Source of the DNA: Octopus vulgaris
Taxonomy: Eukaryota
Assembly (NCBI GenBank): GCA_951406725.2
Contig: OX597815.1
Location: 118,792,001 to 118,856,000, forward strand
Direction: 5' to 3'
DNA: 64,000 bases
The notes under the pieces were generated by a model. That model was not told where the DNA came from. It ran no database searches and was given only the letters and a program-made list of their open reading frames with translations. Shown here one piece after another: positions 24,912 through 37,341 of the stretch (the stretch's first letter is position 1; each line of letters begins with the position of its first letter). Both the position numbers and the translations under genes were made by a program.

Positions 24912-25634
24912 ATGCCGGAAAATAGGAGAGCTACGAGAGCTTGGGCTATCGGCTGCGTTCGCTTTGCGTTCTGGACTTTGTCCCTTATGCTGATGTTCAA
25001 TTCTCTTTTTACTATAGTCTTTGGTACCTTAATGGAAGTTGATTACGGCGGTAAATTTAGCGAATTTGGAGCTCACTTTCAGCTTTACGCTCTTTTCCTT
25101 ATTTGCTTAGGAGTAACACTTCTGTTTCTCGGCGCATACAGCTTTCACTGCTTACGGAGTGATAATTACTTTGGCTTAACTATTTTTGGATTTTTTGTAA
25201 TTACCATTTCCGCTCTTCAGATTGTGATGGGATTCACTGGTCACATCGTGACGGGATACAACAGAGAAGCAATTCTCAATCATATGAAAGTTTCTCAAAA
25301 TAATTATACTACAAATTACGTTGACGAAAGTGCGTGGGATTCGGTTCAGTATCAACTACAGTGCTGTGGAATCTATGCTCCCGAAGAGTGGTTCAAAGTA
25401 TTTGGTAAACATATTCTTCCGAACAGTTGTTGTGATTTCCGATTTGCACAATGTAGGGTAGTTGCAATGCGTCACAGCATTCATTTCACTAAAGGTTGTT
25501 TGAACAGTTACACTGAATTCACCGAGCATTTGCAAACGGGGGTTGCAATATACGTGATCTTAACGGGTATATTTAACCTGCTTATAGCAGTAATCCCAAC
25601 GCACCTTGTAAGAAGAGTCTATCAGGAAGAGTGA
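24912..25634 (+). CDS. Tetraspanin paralogue 2 (divergent), single coding exon, 240 aa
   Basis: Four TM segments. LEL WDSVQYQLQCCG...PNSCC-x6-C-x13-GC. Intact ATG-to-TGA frame. Confidence 0.93.
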   Translation: MPENRRATRAWAIGCVRFAFWTLSLMLMFNSLFTIVFGTLMEVDYGGKFSEFGAHFQLYALFLICLGVTLLFLGAYSFHCLRSDNYFGLTIFGFFVITISALQIVMGFTGHIVTGYNREAILNHMKVSQNNYTTNYVDESAWDSVQYQLQCCGIYAPEEWFKVFGKHILPNSCCDFRFAQCRVVAMRHSIHFTKGCLNSYTEFTEHLQTGVAIYVILTGIFNLLIAVIPTHLVRRVYQEE

Positions 25635-28113
25635 ACTTGATTGCATCAAATTTTTATCTTGTCTCTGGTTTTACCTAATTTGAATTCTTGTTATTGAATG
25701 TTTGACGTGAGATTACAACTCTTAACTGCTTGAATTTTGTCTTAAAATTCCCTTCCTCTTATAGGAAAAAGTTACTTAAAAAAAAAAAAAAAAAAAGCTG
25801 TGATCCTAAGACTAAATCTGAACTATCAAACTGTATTTAACTTGATCGACTATAATTTCAATTACTTTATTTTATTAAATTTGCCATAAAGGCAGTAATA
25901 ATCTCAATTACTTGTCACATAAACGCTGACCTCGTTCATGAATATTCGACTATAACGTTTCAGTTTTTTAAAAACTAAAAGCTGTTAGTAATACTAAAAC
26001 TGTTAGTACTAATTTTTCTATCAAGTATAAACTTTACTTGTTAAAGAAAAACCAGTTACGATAAGATTCTCTTAAAGTTTTTTTTTTTTTTTTTTTTTTT
26101 GTCAAACTGTTTAAGCCTACCCGCCAATAGCTCGAACCCATGGAGATGTTTATAGGGAACGTATTATGACCGTCGCAACTGTTACAACCAATCTATTTTT
26201 TCTAATTTGCCTATATATTTCAAACAATTTTCTTTGTTCAGACATTTAGCGCGGAAAATAGTTATCCGCTTTACATTTTTACATCTGAAGTATTTTAATT
26301 GTAATTAAAAATATTCTGGATATATTCCTTTGAACTCCTTTTTGGTACAGCGTTTTGACTAACAATCTCCCTATACGATAGGACAATTATTTACCAATCT
26401 TTGTGACCTGACCCCCTCAAGATGGTTCCACATAAGATTGTATATCCTTTATTTCCCACAAAACTTACGCATCCCACTATAAAATGCACAATAATGAATT
26501 CTATATTATTGCTCGAACTTCAGTTTATTTGGCTTGAAGGTTTAGGTAGGAATACTTGCAAAATTCTGAAACTCAACAATTAGTTGTAACTGAAATTTAT
26601 ATTGCTTAAATAAGCTGCTAGAATAACAATGTATACGAAGCCTGTCCATGTAATAAGGACTATGTAGCTACTGTACATATGCTTGATCACCATCGATAAA
26701 AAGTTGAAACTGATAGTTGCAGTACACCGAGTAATGCTTTACCTGTCAAGCAATGCACTTCTCCGTCGCTCTTAATTCCTGTTCCCATTGTAATAGTATG
26801 TGCCTGATTACTCCAAGACCCACTCGGTGTATGCAGGTTTTTTCCTCAGACCAATTCTAAACTAGTGACCTTGAAATGCAATCTATGAACAAGTGCTGTG
26901 CTACAGTGAAGCATAACACCTGTTAAGTTCCGTTCCAGCTAATAATGCGTGTATCATTGCAGTGGAATATGGAAAAAAAAGAATAGAATCTTGATGCCTA
27001 GTCACTTTTTGAACTAGTTTTCTACCAACTATTGGCAGATTTTACTGAATATTCCTTAATAACTCTCGGTTTATTCATGTTAAACACGTGTTCAACACTT
27101 TTACAAAACTATTCCTGAAGCTATATTTTTCACTCTTGGAGTTGACGCTGTGGTAATTAAAACTGGCAATGCAGTGATACGAAGAATCGTTCGACTAACA
27201 ATATATTTAGCCACTTCAGTAGCTGCCCGTAATAACTCAATTTATACGGACTGGTGATATGACTTACCTTTTCTGTAACAATGTTATTAGTCATTATCTA
27301 AGTTTAGACTATTGCTAGACTCTTAAGTATTTGAACTGTCAAAATTTCTTTGGATTAGGGACAGTTTTTAATCCTAACTCTAAATTGTGTAAACTTTCTT
27401 TACCAATTAATATTTGGTCTTTAGATGAAATGCTCTCCGGAAGCCGTAAAAATAATTAGAACTGTAATATTTTATATAAACATAATGTAATGCAAGCGCT
27501 TAATGATTCCTAAACCAAACATTTTAACGGCCGTTCCTAATGAGTAGAGCAAAGTACAAAGGACACTGACCACGAAACCTCGTATGCATGCATACCTATT
27601 TACATATTCGTATCTATACATGTATGAGTAAACATAAAATAGTTTTGGCAAAACAAAAAGTGAAGATCTAGCAGCCAAAGCTGAGATATATGGAGCTAAG
27701 AGGAAGGTCTTTACCCAACAGTGGGAGAACAATGGCTGATTATGAACGAAGTAAAAAAAATTTCTTGTTGACAACTGGTAGTATAGTATATAGACGTGGG
27801 AACTTTCAACTCCTTTAAGCAGTTCAGTTTGTAAGTATACTGCGAAAACCTTTGCGTCTAGAAATGTACATAATAGCGTAATTACAAAAGTGTAGTAATT
27901 AGCGCCTTTACCTTAGAAATTTAACATATGTAAATATCAATGAATCCTAGCAAAAAGAGCAACATTGTTTCGTTTAATTAGCCATGCAGACTAAATTCTG
28001 TGTCGAATAATTTACTAGTTAAGTTTTTCGTTTTTGTTCATTTGTATCCTGTCACCATTCGTATGAAGCAAATTCCACGAACTTCATTCTATGAGTCTTG
28101 AAATCTATTGGAA

Positions 28114-28367
28114 CAGTGGTTCTCGACCCTTTTCGTTACTATTTTATTCTGGTGACCCACCCATAACCATTTGATGTTTAAAACTAATTTTGTAGACCTT
28201 TCGTTCATCACACTGTGGGTTGAACTATGTTGAGCCAAGCTGTTTCTTGCAATAATTACATGTATAGAAAGATTTTTCATGGACACTTAAAATAATACTG
28301 TAGACCCAATTCACTATCTTATGTGAACCCCGCAAAATCTTATATGGATCCTAGTTGAGAACCACTG
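28114..28367. mobile_element. hAT-like MITE
   Basis: TIRs CAGTGGTTCTC / GAGAACCACTG; the 8-bp flanks are only partly similar. Confidence 0.7.
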
Positions 28368-28420
28368 TACGAGAACATTACCATGGAATAGCTAAAACGC
28401 TATAATTTCTATGGGGTATG

Positions 28421-28823
28421 CCATTGAGCTAAAATCATTTGCTGCGTCTAAAACTGAGACAACATCCTGTAACTAACCCTAAACCTCCCCCTAACCATAA
28501 TTTTTTTTAATTGTTAAATTAATTTAATTGTTACGCGTGTAAAAAAAAAAAAAAAAAAAAAAAAAACCTAAAGCAATGGAAAATAATTTAAACAATTAAA
28601 ATAATTCTATAATTTTATACACACGCTTTCCGTATACATACGGAAAGCGTGTGTATAAAATTATACAATTATTTTGTTTTCCATTGCTTTAGTTTTTTTT
28701 TTTACACGCGTAACAAATTAATTTAACAATTAAGAAAAAAAAATTTAGGGTTAGGGGGAGTTTAGGGTTACTTACAGGATGTTGTCTCAGTTTTAGACGC
28801 AGCAAATGATTTTAGTTCAATGG
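28421..28823. mobile_element. ~400-bp palindromic foldback element with CCCTAA/TTAGGG motifs
   Basis: CCATTGAGCTAAAATCATTTGCTGCGTCTAAAACTGAGACAACATCCTGTAA pairs with 28772-28823. Centre CCGTAT-AC-ATACGG at 28630-28643. Confidence 0.9.
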
Positions 28824-28827
28824 AGGT

Positions 28828-29004
28828 AATCGATTGGTTAAAACAGCCGATTTTCAGACGAAATATCTTACAAACTATAGAATTTTCTCAATAAAACCAT
28901 GAGAAAATGATGTTTTATAAACGCATTGTACCAGCATACGAAGTTTAAAACTTTTTAGTTACCTAGAAATTGTTACAAACTGCCGTTCAAAAGGAAAAGA
29001 TCCC
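28828..29004. mobile_element. Solo right arm of the 62908-type foldback element
   Basis: Aligns with ~63362-63553 (GATTGGTT...AGAATTTTCTCAA...TACGAAGTTTAAAA...AAAAGATCCC). Confidence 0.8.
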
Positions 29005-29321
29005 AAAAATGTTCACAGCCTCAATTTTGTAACTTAGCTATAACCACTATTGAATTTTGAGAAATAATGCCCTGATAGATCTTCCTTCAAAGTTTAAAAA
29101 AAAAATTATAAATACCGTTAAAAATTTCCTGTTCTAACAGTAACCTTATTTTAAATCCAATTAAGACTTCTCAAATTGTAAACCGTTATGGTTATAACGT
29201 CAGTGAAGGTAATAGTAGTTGTTGGCTGATTTTCATGAGTATTTTGATAAATCCTGCTGTAAATGGCTTAGGCAAATACTTTTCACACTAAAGGAACTCC
29301 TTCAGCATGTTACAACAGTTT

Positions 29322-29670
29322 CAAAATTTAGCACAAGGCCAGCAATTGTAGTGGTGGGGGTAAATCGATTACATCTATCCACCACCAGTGTTCAACTAGC
29401 AGTTATTTCATTGACCCCTATAGGACGAAAGTATGAAGTCGACTTCGGCAGAATTTGAACTCGGAACAAAGACGAACGAAATGCTGCTAAGCATTTTCAC
29501 CCGGCCTGTCAACTATTCTGAACTCTTTATTACCCACAAAGGGTGGAATACAGAGGGACAATACAAGCATGTTGAGTAGGTGAAAGCTGGTGAAATTTAA
29601 AGATGTAATTCTGACGCTCGGTCCCCACATCCGGGCGGCGTGTCAACAATTCTGCAAGGTCTCTGCTCCT
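29322..29670 (-). mobile_element. SINE family A interrupted by a 120-bp retroposon tail (29521-29640)
   Basis: Family-A reverse-complement motifs. The insert is flanked by TGTCAACTATTCTG (29507-29520) / TGTCAACAATTCTG (29641-29654). Confidence 0.75.
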
Positions 29671-30340
29671 GCATTTTATAAATAATATTTAAAAAACAAG
29701 TGCTTTAAGCTATGTAATATTGATCGTATAGAGTTCAATTCCTTCTGAGTGCAAAATATTTGGTAAATTGGTTTTCGTTAACAGAAGTCTTTATACTTCC
29801 TGCTAAATAGATGAGGGGTGTGGGGGAACTAGTAACCTGCGTGTATATATATATAGGACACGCATTTATTGAAAAGCCTTGTTCAAATTAGGTTCAGTTA
29901 TCATTCCCTTATCACGAACGAAGAAAAAATATTGTAAGAATAATTCTGAAGGAAGATCGGGATATTGTTTTTGTTCTACTCATTCGTAGTGGTGGTTTGG
30001 TTACAAAATGGAAACTGAACGATTTGCATATATTTCAACTTGAACACTTAAACAGTGAACTGTACTTCATTATTCATAAACCGGTTGCTGTGATTTCTTT
30101 AATTAGGCCATTGGGAGTCACGAAAATTGAGAAGTGGATACAATGGGAATTGAAACTGACAAAGTCTAGTTGGTATTGGAGAAGACTTAGTCTATAAAAC
30201 AAACCAATTAGTATGAAAGGTTAAGTCTATCTTGGCTAAGCTTGAATACTAGGATAATGCAAAGGAAAGAGAATAATTGCAGCTCTGTCGCCTAGAGGAT
30301 GAATATTTATTTGTTCGGTCAACTGAATTATATTCTCATT

Positions 30341-30911
30341 TCTTTAATACCCATAAAGGGTTGACAAAGATAAGAAACAAATTGGGGACATAAAACGCCC
30401 AAAAAAAAACGTATGATAAAAATGAGAGGGTGAAAATGAAAAATGAGAGTAATGTTACCTGCCCCATCGGATAGTATCACTTACCTGTCCTCTTTTCCTA
30501 TGTCCTCTTCTTATAGTCTTTCGAAAAATACATAGTCCCTTATTTTCACCCCGTACTGTTTTTCTAGTTATTTTCCTTGTCCGGGTCTATATCCTTTCTT
30601 ACTCACACAAAAACATTGTTCAGTTCATTTTCGAGTTCTTTCACTTGTTTCCCCGTTAAAAAAAACCTCCATCCACTCCTCCTCATCCCAACTATCCGGT
30701 AATTTAACTTCATCCCAGTCCCTCAATATTTCCAACAGGTCTTCGTCTTCCTTGTCTAATATACCTATAGCGGGAGGGAAATTTTGTAAGTTGTTCTGTG
30801 TATCTGTTTTTTGTTTTCTTGTTGGCGGGGAGTGGGTAGGGTTTTGTGTCTGCAGGGGAAGGGTGGGACGAAGAGGGTGTGGGTGGTACTGGGGTGGTTT
30901 GGGGTTCATTA
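30341..30911 (-). mobile_element. 5'-truncated retroposon of the ORF1-only family
   Basis: Perfect 20-bp TSD AACTGAATTATATTCTCATT (30321-30340 / 30912-30931). Pro/His-rich then acidic coding remnant similar to 37742-37951. 3' tail ends GGGTATTAAAGAAAT. Confidence 0.85.
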
Positions 30912-30944
30912 AACTGAATTATATTCTCATTGAATTAACTGGTT

Positions 30945-31215
30945 CGTGGTTAGCGATTATGGTGTTGCACTCCCGATCGCAAGATCGTGGTTTCGGTTCG
31001 CAGGCCGGCGTTACGTTCTTGAGCAAAATACTTCATTTTCCGTAACTCCAGTCCTTTCAGCTGTAAATGGATAACCCTGCGATAGAATGGCATTCCGTTT
31101 AGGAAGAATTTCGGCTCACCTGCCAAACCAGTGGAGTGGCGTCATTCGAAAGCTACTATGCGAGGAAGCGCATTGTGAGCAGCGGAGCAAAAAACATCCG
31201 ATAATCAGGTCGATG
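30945..31215 (+). mobile_element. SINE family C, degenerate
   Basis: GTGGTTAGCG...GATCGTGGTTTCG head; GGCGTCATTCGAA...GCATTGTGA tail. Confidence 0.6.
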
Positions 31216-31321
31216 CAGTGATAGTAATACACACACACACACACACACATAGATATATGTATAATTTGATATTGTGCGTGTGTTTATATAGTATGTATAA
31301 ATATATATATATAAATATATA

Positions 31322-32498
31322 CGAGCTGGGCCCCGTGCCGTCAAAAATGACGGCTAATTGTAGTATTTTATAAATAAATAAGGTATAAAACCAAGATTTC
31401 GGTTTCATAATTCTTTTATTACTAAATTTTTTTGTGAAAAATCTATCCGCAACTAACATCCTTTGACTGCTTGTTTCCTTCAAAAGAATTTTCAAGTTTT
31501 CCTTCCTTCTTGTCCGACTTAAGGCCACATAAAGCTGGCCGTGACTAAATACAAGAGCTGGTAAGTAAATACCAAATACACAGAGTTGAAATGCTGTTTG
31601 ACTTTTCTTTTTAGTATTGAATATTCACCACCCAACTTCCATTGCACACACACACACACAAACATCCACATACCTCCCTTTTACATACACACACATAAAC
31701 TTACACAGAGTTGAAACGCTGTTTGATTTTTCTTTTTCACCGTACAGTTTCCATCATCCCACTACGAAGTTTGCCATCACTCCTTCCTTCTTTATTCATT
31801 TATTGCTCCTTCCTTTCTCATTCATATGTTATGACGGAGAAAAACGCAAGGGTATTATAGTAGATAACGTGCAAAACCAATTTTTTAGCTTAATAATTCT
31901 TTTACTACCAAACTTGGGAAAAATCTATCGACAACTAACATCCTTTGACTGCCTGTTTCCTTCAAAAGAATTTTCAAGTTTTCCTTCCTTCTTGTATGAC
32001 ATAAGGCTACATAAAGTTGGCCGTGACTAAATACAAGAGCTGGTAAGTAAATACTAAATACACAGAGTTGAAACGCTGTTTGATTTTTCTTTTCCGCGTT
32101 GAATGTTAACTATCCCACTTCCATTGAAGGCGCACATACACACTCACACACACAAACACACACGCGCACGCACACACATATTCACATACCCCCCTTTTAT
32201 ATACACATATATTCACACAAAGTTGAAACGCTGATTTATTTTTTCAGCGTACAATTTTCATCATCCCATTACCACCTTATTCATCTATCACTCCTTCCAT
32301 TCTCATTCATAAACACAAGAGTATTATTATAGTAGATTATCTCGGTAACCATGGGAGCTATGAAAAAATATACAATGCCCAGCATCACCACCGGATCATT
32401 CTACACATCTGTGTAATTTTCGCGCAATTCCACGTAGCCGTTTGACCGTGAATCCCAAAACAAGAAAGAATCGCTCATGTTAAATTTATATGTATAGA
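31322..32498 (-). mobile_element. Non-autonomous Helitron with internal ~480-bp tandem duplication
   Basis: Minus strand A|TCTATACATATAAA start. 3' hairpin GCCGTC-ATTTTT-GACGGC then CTCG|T (variant of CTAG). 31438-31870 is repeated at 31920-32335. Confidence 0.75.
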
Positions 32499-32689
32499 TA
32501 TACATACCTCACAATGTATACACCAAGCTATGTAAAGTGCATTTCTAGAAGAATGGAAACGATGAAGTTTTCAGTAGAAAATAGAAATAAAAAAAATAAA
32601 AGTACATAATTAAATAATCTTCAGTCCCTCAAAAGTAGTTATCTAAATTTTACAGCTAACGTAATTGTTAATACTTACGTGAAATTATT

Positions 32690-32790
<101 letters not shown>

Positions 32791-32964
32791 TGAAGTGAAA
32801 TGGAAGCTTATCTGATCACACGGAAAGATGTCGGAAGCGAGATAAAAACTTGTTAGCTAAAATTATTTGTTGCTGCTTTCACTGTACCGGTCTGTTCTAT
32901 AGTGGTATTGTTTCAATGTTCTATAGCCTGCCTCATTCTGGAAAATATAATAGCGCCTAATTTG

Positions 32965-33009
<45 letters not shown>

Positions 33010-34614
33010 ATTAGTTTCTAACATTGACGCAAGGTCATAGATTCCTAGATTTGAATGTTTAGTTGATTGTGTCAACTGCAGTGTATTCCTCCTAGTACTT
33101 ACTTTAGCGACTTTCGAAGGACAGAAGTCAAAGAGGTCTCCAGCATGAATTTGAACTAAAAACATGAGAGTTCAGAAATGAAAACGGTGAGGTTTACTAG
33201 TTTCAGACTTTATACTTTATTGATTGCCTGACGTAGAAAAATAATTTCACAGAGAATACGAAGCGAAATTGTTCTTTTCGCAAGTACTGCAAATAATGTG
33301 AAAGGTTGCATGGCTTCAGCTTGGTCACACCGACAAAAGTTTTTAGTTTGACATACATAGATAACTGTTGCATCATGGACTTGTATTGAATAACCCATTC
33401 TAAAATTATGATAGCATCTTTGCTGTAAGTTATTAGGTAGTAATGTAGATGTACTGGCGTATTGTGAACAAAGAGAATTGCTTCATATCAGTCTTTGGAT
33501 TTAGGCAAAGAATACAAATGAGAGAACGGAATTCAGTTTTGATGCAAACTAAAGAAATAATCTTCTCCCTATTGGATGGCAGGAAAACTTAGATTTTACG
33601 ATTATGAAGAGCAGAGAACGTACGTAAGAGTCAAGCGAAATATCAAAAAGCGCATGAAACCTTTATTTGTAACCTTTCCATTCTGTAAAATATGTGCGGG
33701 ATCAAAATCAATGGCTCAATTTAAACATGACTAAAGAACTTAAGTTTACTCGATTCCTAATAGGAAGCAAAACATCAGAAAATAGGTATTAAACGATGTC
33801 TAATACATGTTCTCTGATGAGCTGTTTCCCACCTGATATCCAATTCACTGTCAGAACATTCGAGATAATTGTGAAGAAGGAACAATCCTAAAGTTTTCAA
33901 GGTAACACTGGTATTTTATAAAAAAAAACTTTATAAACACTGCCCTGGTGATTTTATAGTGCTGGTAAATCTATTGTAGATCAAAAAGATCAGTGGTTAG
34001 TTGAAGGCCTGTAGGTACTTAAGAAGTAAGATGATTCATCAGTTGATTAGTTCCATCTTATAATTGTTCTCCAATGTATAAACAGTAAGGTGTTTATGAA
34101 TAGCATTTGCACAACTTTGGAGCTGCTAGCATTAATTTTCCCTCTGGACTGAATGACCTTCAATATACTGAACAATATGTATCTTATACAAACCTCTGAC
34201 CTATCGACCTTTTCTCTGACCAGAATTTATTTTTTATTCCTCCTCTCAGTATTTGCACAACTTTGGAACTGCTAGCATTCATTTTCCCTCAATACGGATT
34301 ACTGCCTCACCATCCTTTCCTTACTCTCACCACACTGTACTAACTATCCGTCCTTTTTGATCGTGAATTTTCACAAAAAAGACCTGATCTAACTGGATTT
34401 AATTGGACCTTCTCACCCTCCTGGACTCGATGAAGAATTTTCTTCCTCTGTCTAATCTATATCTCTCCGATGGCAGTATACCCAAATTACAGGGTCTTCG
34501 CTCGACACAATGCTCCGATAGCTGGGATATCCCAGACACAGCTGTCAGATATTATATTTTACTATTTTTTACCATTCGTTATGTAGCTAAATTTAGATCG
34601 AATTCAATGAAAGA

Positions 34615-34780
34615 GAACCGGTGTTGGTTTATTTACGTCTACGTACCATAGTTTTTCGGCAAAATAACCGATAGTATAAGTACTAGGTGTAAAAGTAAAT
34701 AGTAGTGTCGATTTGCTTGACTAAACTATTTAGGGTGGTGTCCCAACATGGCTGTAGTCCAATAAAAGAAACGAGTAAAA
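34615..34780 (+). mobile_element. SINE family B 3' half
   Basis: TTTACGTC...TTCGGCAAAATAACCGATAG...CAACATGGCTGTAGTC, matching the tail at 61510-61675. Confidence 0.65.
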
Positions 34781-34942
34781 CCAGATAACAGTATGTGTAT
34801 ATATATATATATATTCCTCTTTCTGCGCTTATCCTTCCGATTTTAGTTACCTCTCTTTTATGAGTGCGGATATGCATGGGTTAGTAGTGAGGGTGTTGCA
34901 GTTATGATCACAAAATTGTAGTTTTGATTCCTAGACTGGGAA

Positions 34943-34944
<2 letters not shown>

Positions 34945-35030
<86 letters not shown>

Positions 35031-35051
35031 CACATATATACATATATATAT

Positions 35052-35103
<52 letters not shown>

Positions 35104-35205
35104 GCATATATATACGCATGCGCATATATATATATATATATATGCTTGTACATATATATATGTATGGATATATATATATCCATGCATATGTATGTATGTA
35201 TATGC

Positions 35206-35243
<38 letters not shown>
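34945..35243. repeat. Compound (TA)n/(TAGA)n/(TG)n microsatellite
   Basis: Direct reading; source of the overlapping IY-repeat ORFs. Confidence 0.97.
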
Positions 35244-36142
35244 ATACAAAAAAAGGGACAAGAACGCAAAACATCCAGACAGGTGATACAAAAAAGGGGA
35301 CAACAAAACATCCAGATACACGATACAAAGAAAATAAGAAAAAGTCATTCGGAGTTTTCTTTTCTCTGTCGAGTTCTAGATTATCTTTGCAATTTCGGCT
35401 GGTTATACTCGAGATTGCTCCAATCTGGCCAGCCCCCAGTCATTGAACACGATCATCTGGATTACCTAGCGAAATTTAATTTGTAAAGATTTTTTTATAA
35501 AACGTAGTATTTTTGTATAAAAAAACTTGTTTCTAAAAGGAAGAAAAAGTAAAATATGTAATAAGTTGACTGAAATATTATTGCGAAAAACCTTTTTTAA
35601 AGGAAAAGCAGAAAATATATATGACAAGTTAACGGGAAAAAAAGTCTCAATAACGCCGCTCGATGTGGGGTCAAGTGGCGTCATTCCACCCTTTCATTTA
35701 ATTTCTCTCATTCCTTTTCATTTGTTTTCTTTCTCCATTTTAGTGCTTTGTTTGTTACATGTATTTGTTCCTCTGTGTTTGGCCCCTTGTCAGCAATAAA
35801 GAATTGATCCCCACCTGTTTATTTTTTTATGGATACCAGCATTTATTATTTCACCCAAACTTTCACTTTCAGAACTAACCCACCCAAAAATCGTTTCTTT
35901 GCTCATGCTTCTCATCTAACTAATACACTTCATCACTTGATGCTAAACATTAACTATTATAGATTCATATATTTATTGTCATATTCCTACTAATAAAGGC
36001 CCAGATAAATACAAGGACTTGTCTCACAACAGTAATCTAAAAAAAATAAATAAATGAATATTCGAATTGGTCAAGATTCCAAAATCACTGCACCAGACTA
36101 ATGTATAAAATATATTAGTTTCGTTCTAATATTTGCATGCAG

Positions 36143-36282
36143 TTTCAAATTCCGCCGAGGTTGACTTTGCCTTTCATCCTTTCCGGTCGATAAAATAAGT
36201 ACCAGTTGAACACTGGGGTCAATGTAATCTACTTAACAACTTCCTCGAAATTACTGGCCTTGTGCCAAAATTTGAAATCAAT
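36143..36282 (+). mobile_element. SINE family A, 5'-truncated
   Basis: TTCAAATTCCGCCGAGGTTGACTTTGCCTTTCATCC core plus short tail. Confidence 0.8.
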
Positions 36283-36522
36283 ATATACAAACAGTGTGTT
36301 ATGTTTTTTTAGTTTAAGAATAATCAGCTTCTTTGAGATTTGTTTAGCAACAAACAAGAATGAAGGCAGATCTTTAGTTTTCTTATGTATCATAACAATA
36401 AACCTCTTATACACATTTTGTTTCACTTTCCATGCAAAACAATATTTTTTATTATTTTGAATCTGTATATAAGGAAGGATAAACACACAAATTATTTTGG
36501 ATCAGTAATGATTTATGATGAT

Positions 36523-37151
36523 GGAAAGACTTTCACCCGTCCCCACCTCATTTTCTCTCAAATTTTTTTTTTTTTTTTTTAGGCAAAAATCCCCATTTTC
36601 GGATATGGAGGTTTCAGAAAATTGCCAAAAATCGGCATTGTGAAAATCCCCCCCCCCCCACCCAACTTCTTCACTTTTGACTTTTTCCCCAATACTAACC
36701 CTAAAACCCTAACCTAAAACCCTAAAACCCTAACCCTAACCCTAAAACCCTAATCCTAAAACCCTAACCCTAATATAACCCTAACCCTAAAACCGTAACT
36801 GTAACTACAGAAATGTTTTGGAATTTTTGTCCGAATCATGATGTCCGTATTTTTCCGCATACTTGTAAAAAAAAAAAATTCTTAAAAAAAATTTTACAAA
36901 GATTTTTTAGAAATTTTTTTCAGAATTATAATTTCCGTATTTTTTCGCATATTTTGAAAAAAAAAATTGTGAAAAAAGTTTAAAAGGAAGGAAATGGTGG
37001 TGGGGGTGGTAATTTAGAAATGTCGATTTTTGCCAATTTTTCTTGCAGCTTCGTATTCCCCGTAGCCGAAAGGGGGGGGGGGGGTTGTGTCGAAAAAAAA
37101 TTTATTTTAAGGGTTGTTTCTTTTGGGGTGGGGACGAGCGGAAGTCTTGCC
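36523..37151. mobile_element. TIR element with internal telomere-like array and 6-bp TSD
   Basis: TIRs GGAAAGACTTTCACCCGTCCCCACC / GGTGGGGACGAGCGGAAGTCTTGCC. TSD GATGAT (36517-36522 / 37152-37157). CCCTAA/CCCTAAAA array at ~36695-36795. Confidence 0.85.
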
Positions 37152-37341
37152 GATGATGTTACTGGTAGAAATGATAGTTACTGATAGTTGATGAAAGGAA
37201 ACGGGAATAACATCATGAACGAAGTACTTCAGGTTAGAAATAAGTGACAGATACCTCAGAGTGCAGTGAACGTATATTTTCGTTCAAATATATATTTACT
37301 AAACATCTGTGAATGAAAATATACGAGATAATATGTTTGTA

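Noticed and set aside
25778-25796. A19 run after paralogue 2 as a relic retrocopy poly(A) tail
   Set aside because: No upstream AATAAA or TSD, and similar A/T runs are common throughout the window.
34080-34295. ~45-bp direct repeat (ATTTGCACAACTTTGGA.CTGCTAGCATT.ATTTTCCCTC) and a 19-bp duplication at 24829-24867
   Set aside because: Real local duplications, but with no evidence of function or assignable element.
36695-36795. True telomere or chromosome-fusion scar
   Set aside because: Short, single-orientation, degenerate and enclosed by TIRs and a TSD.
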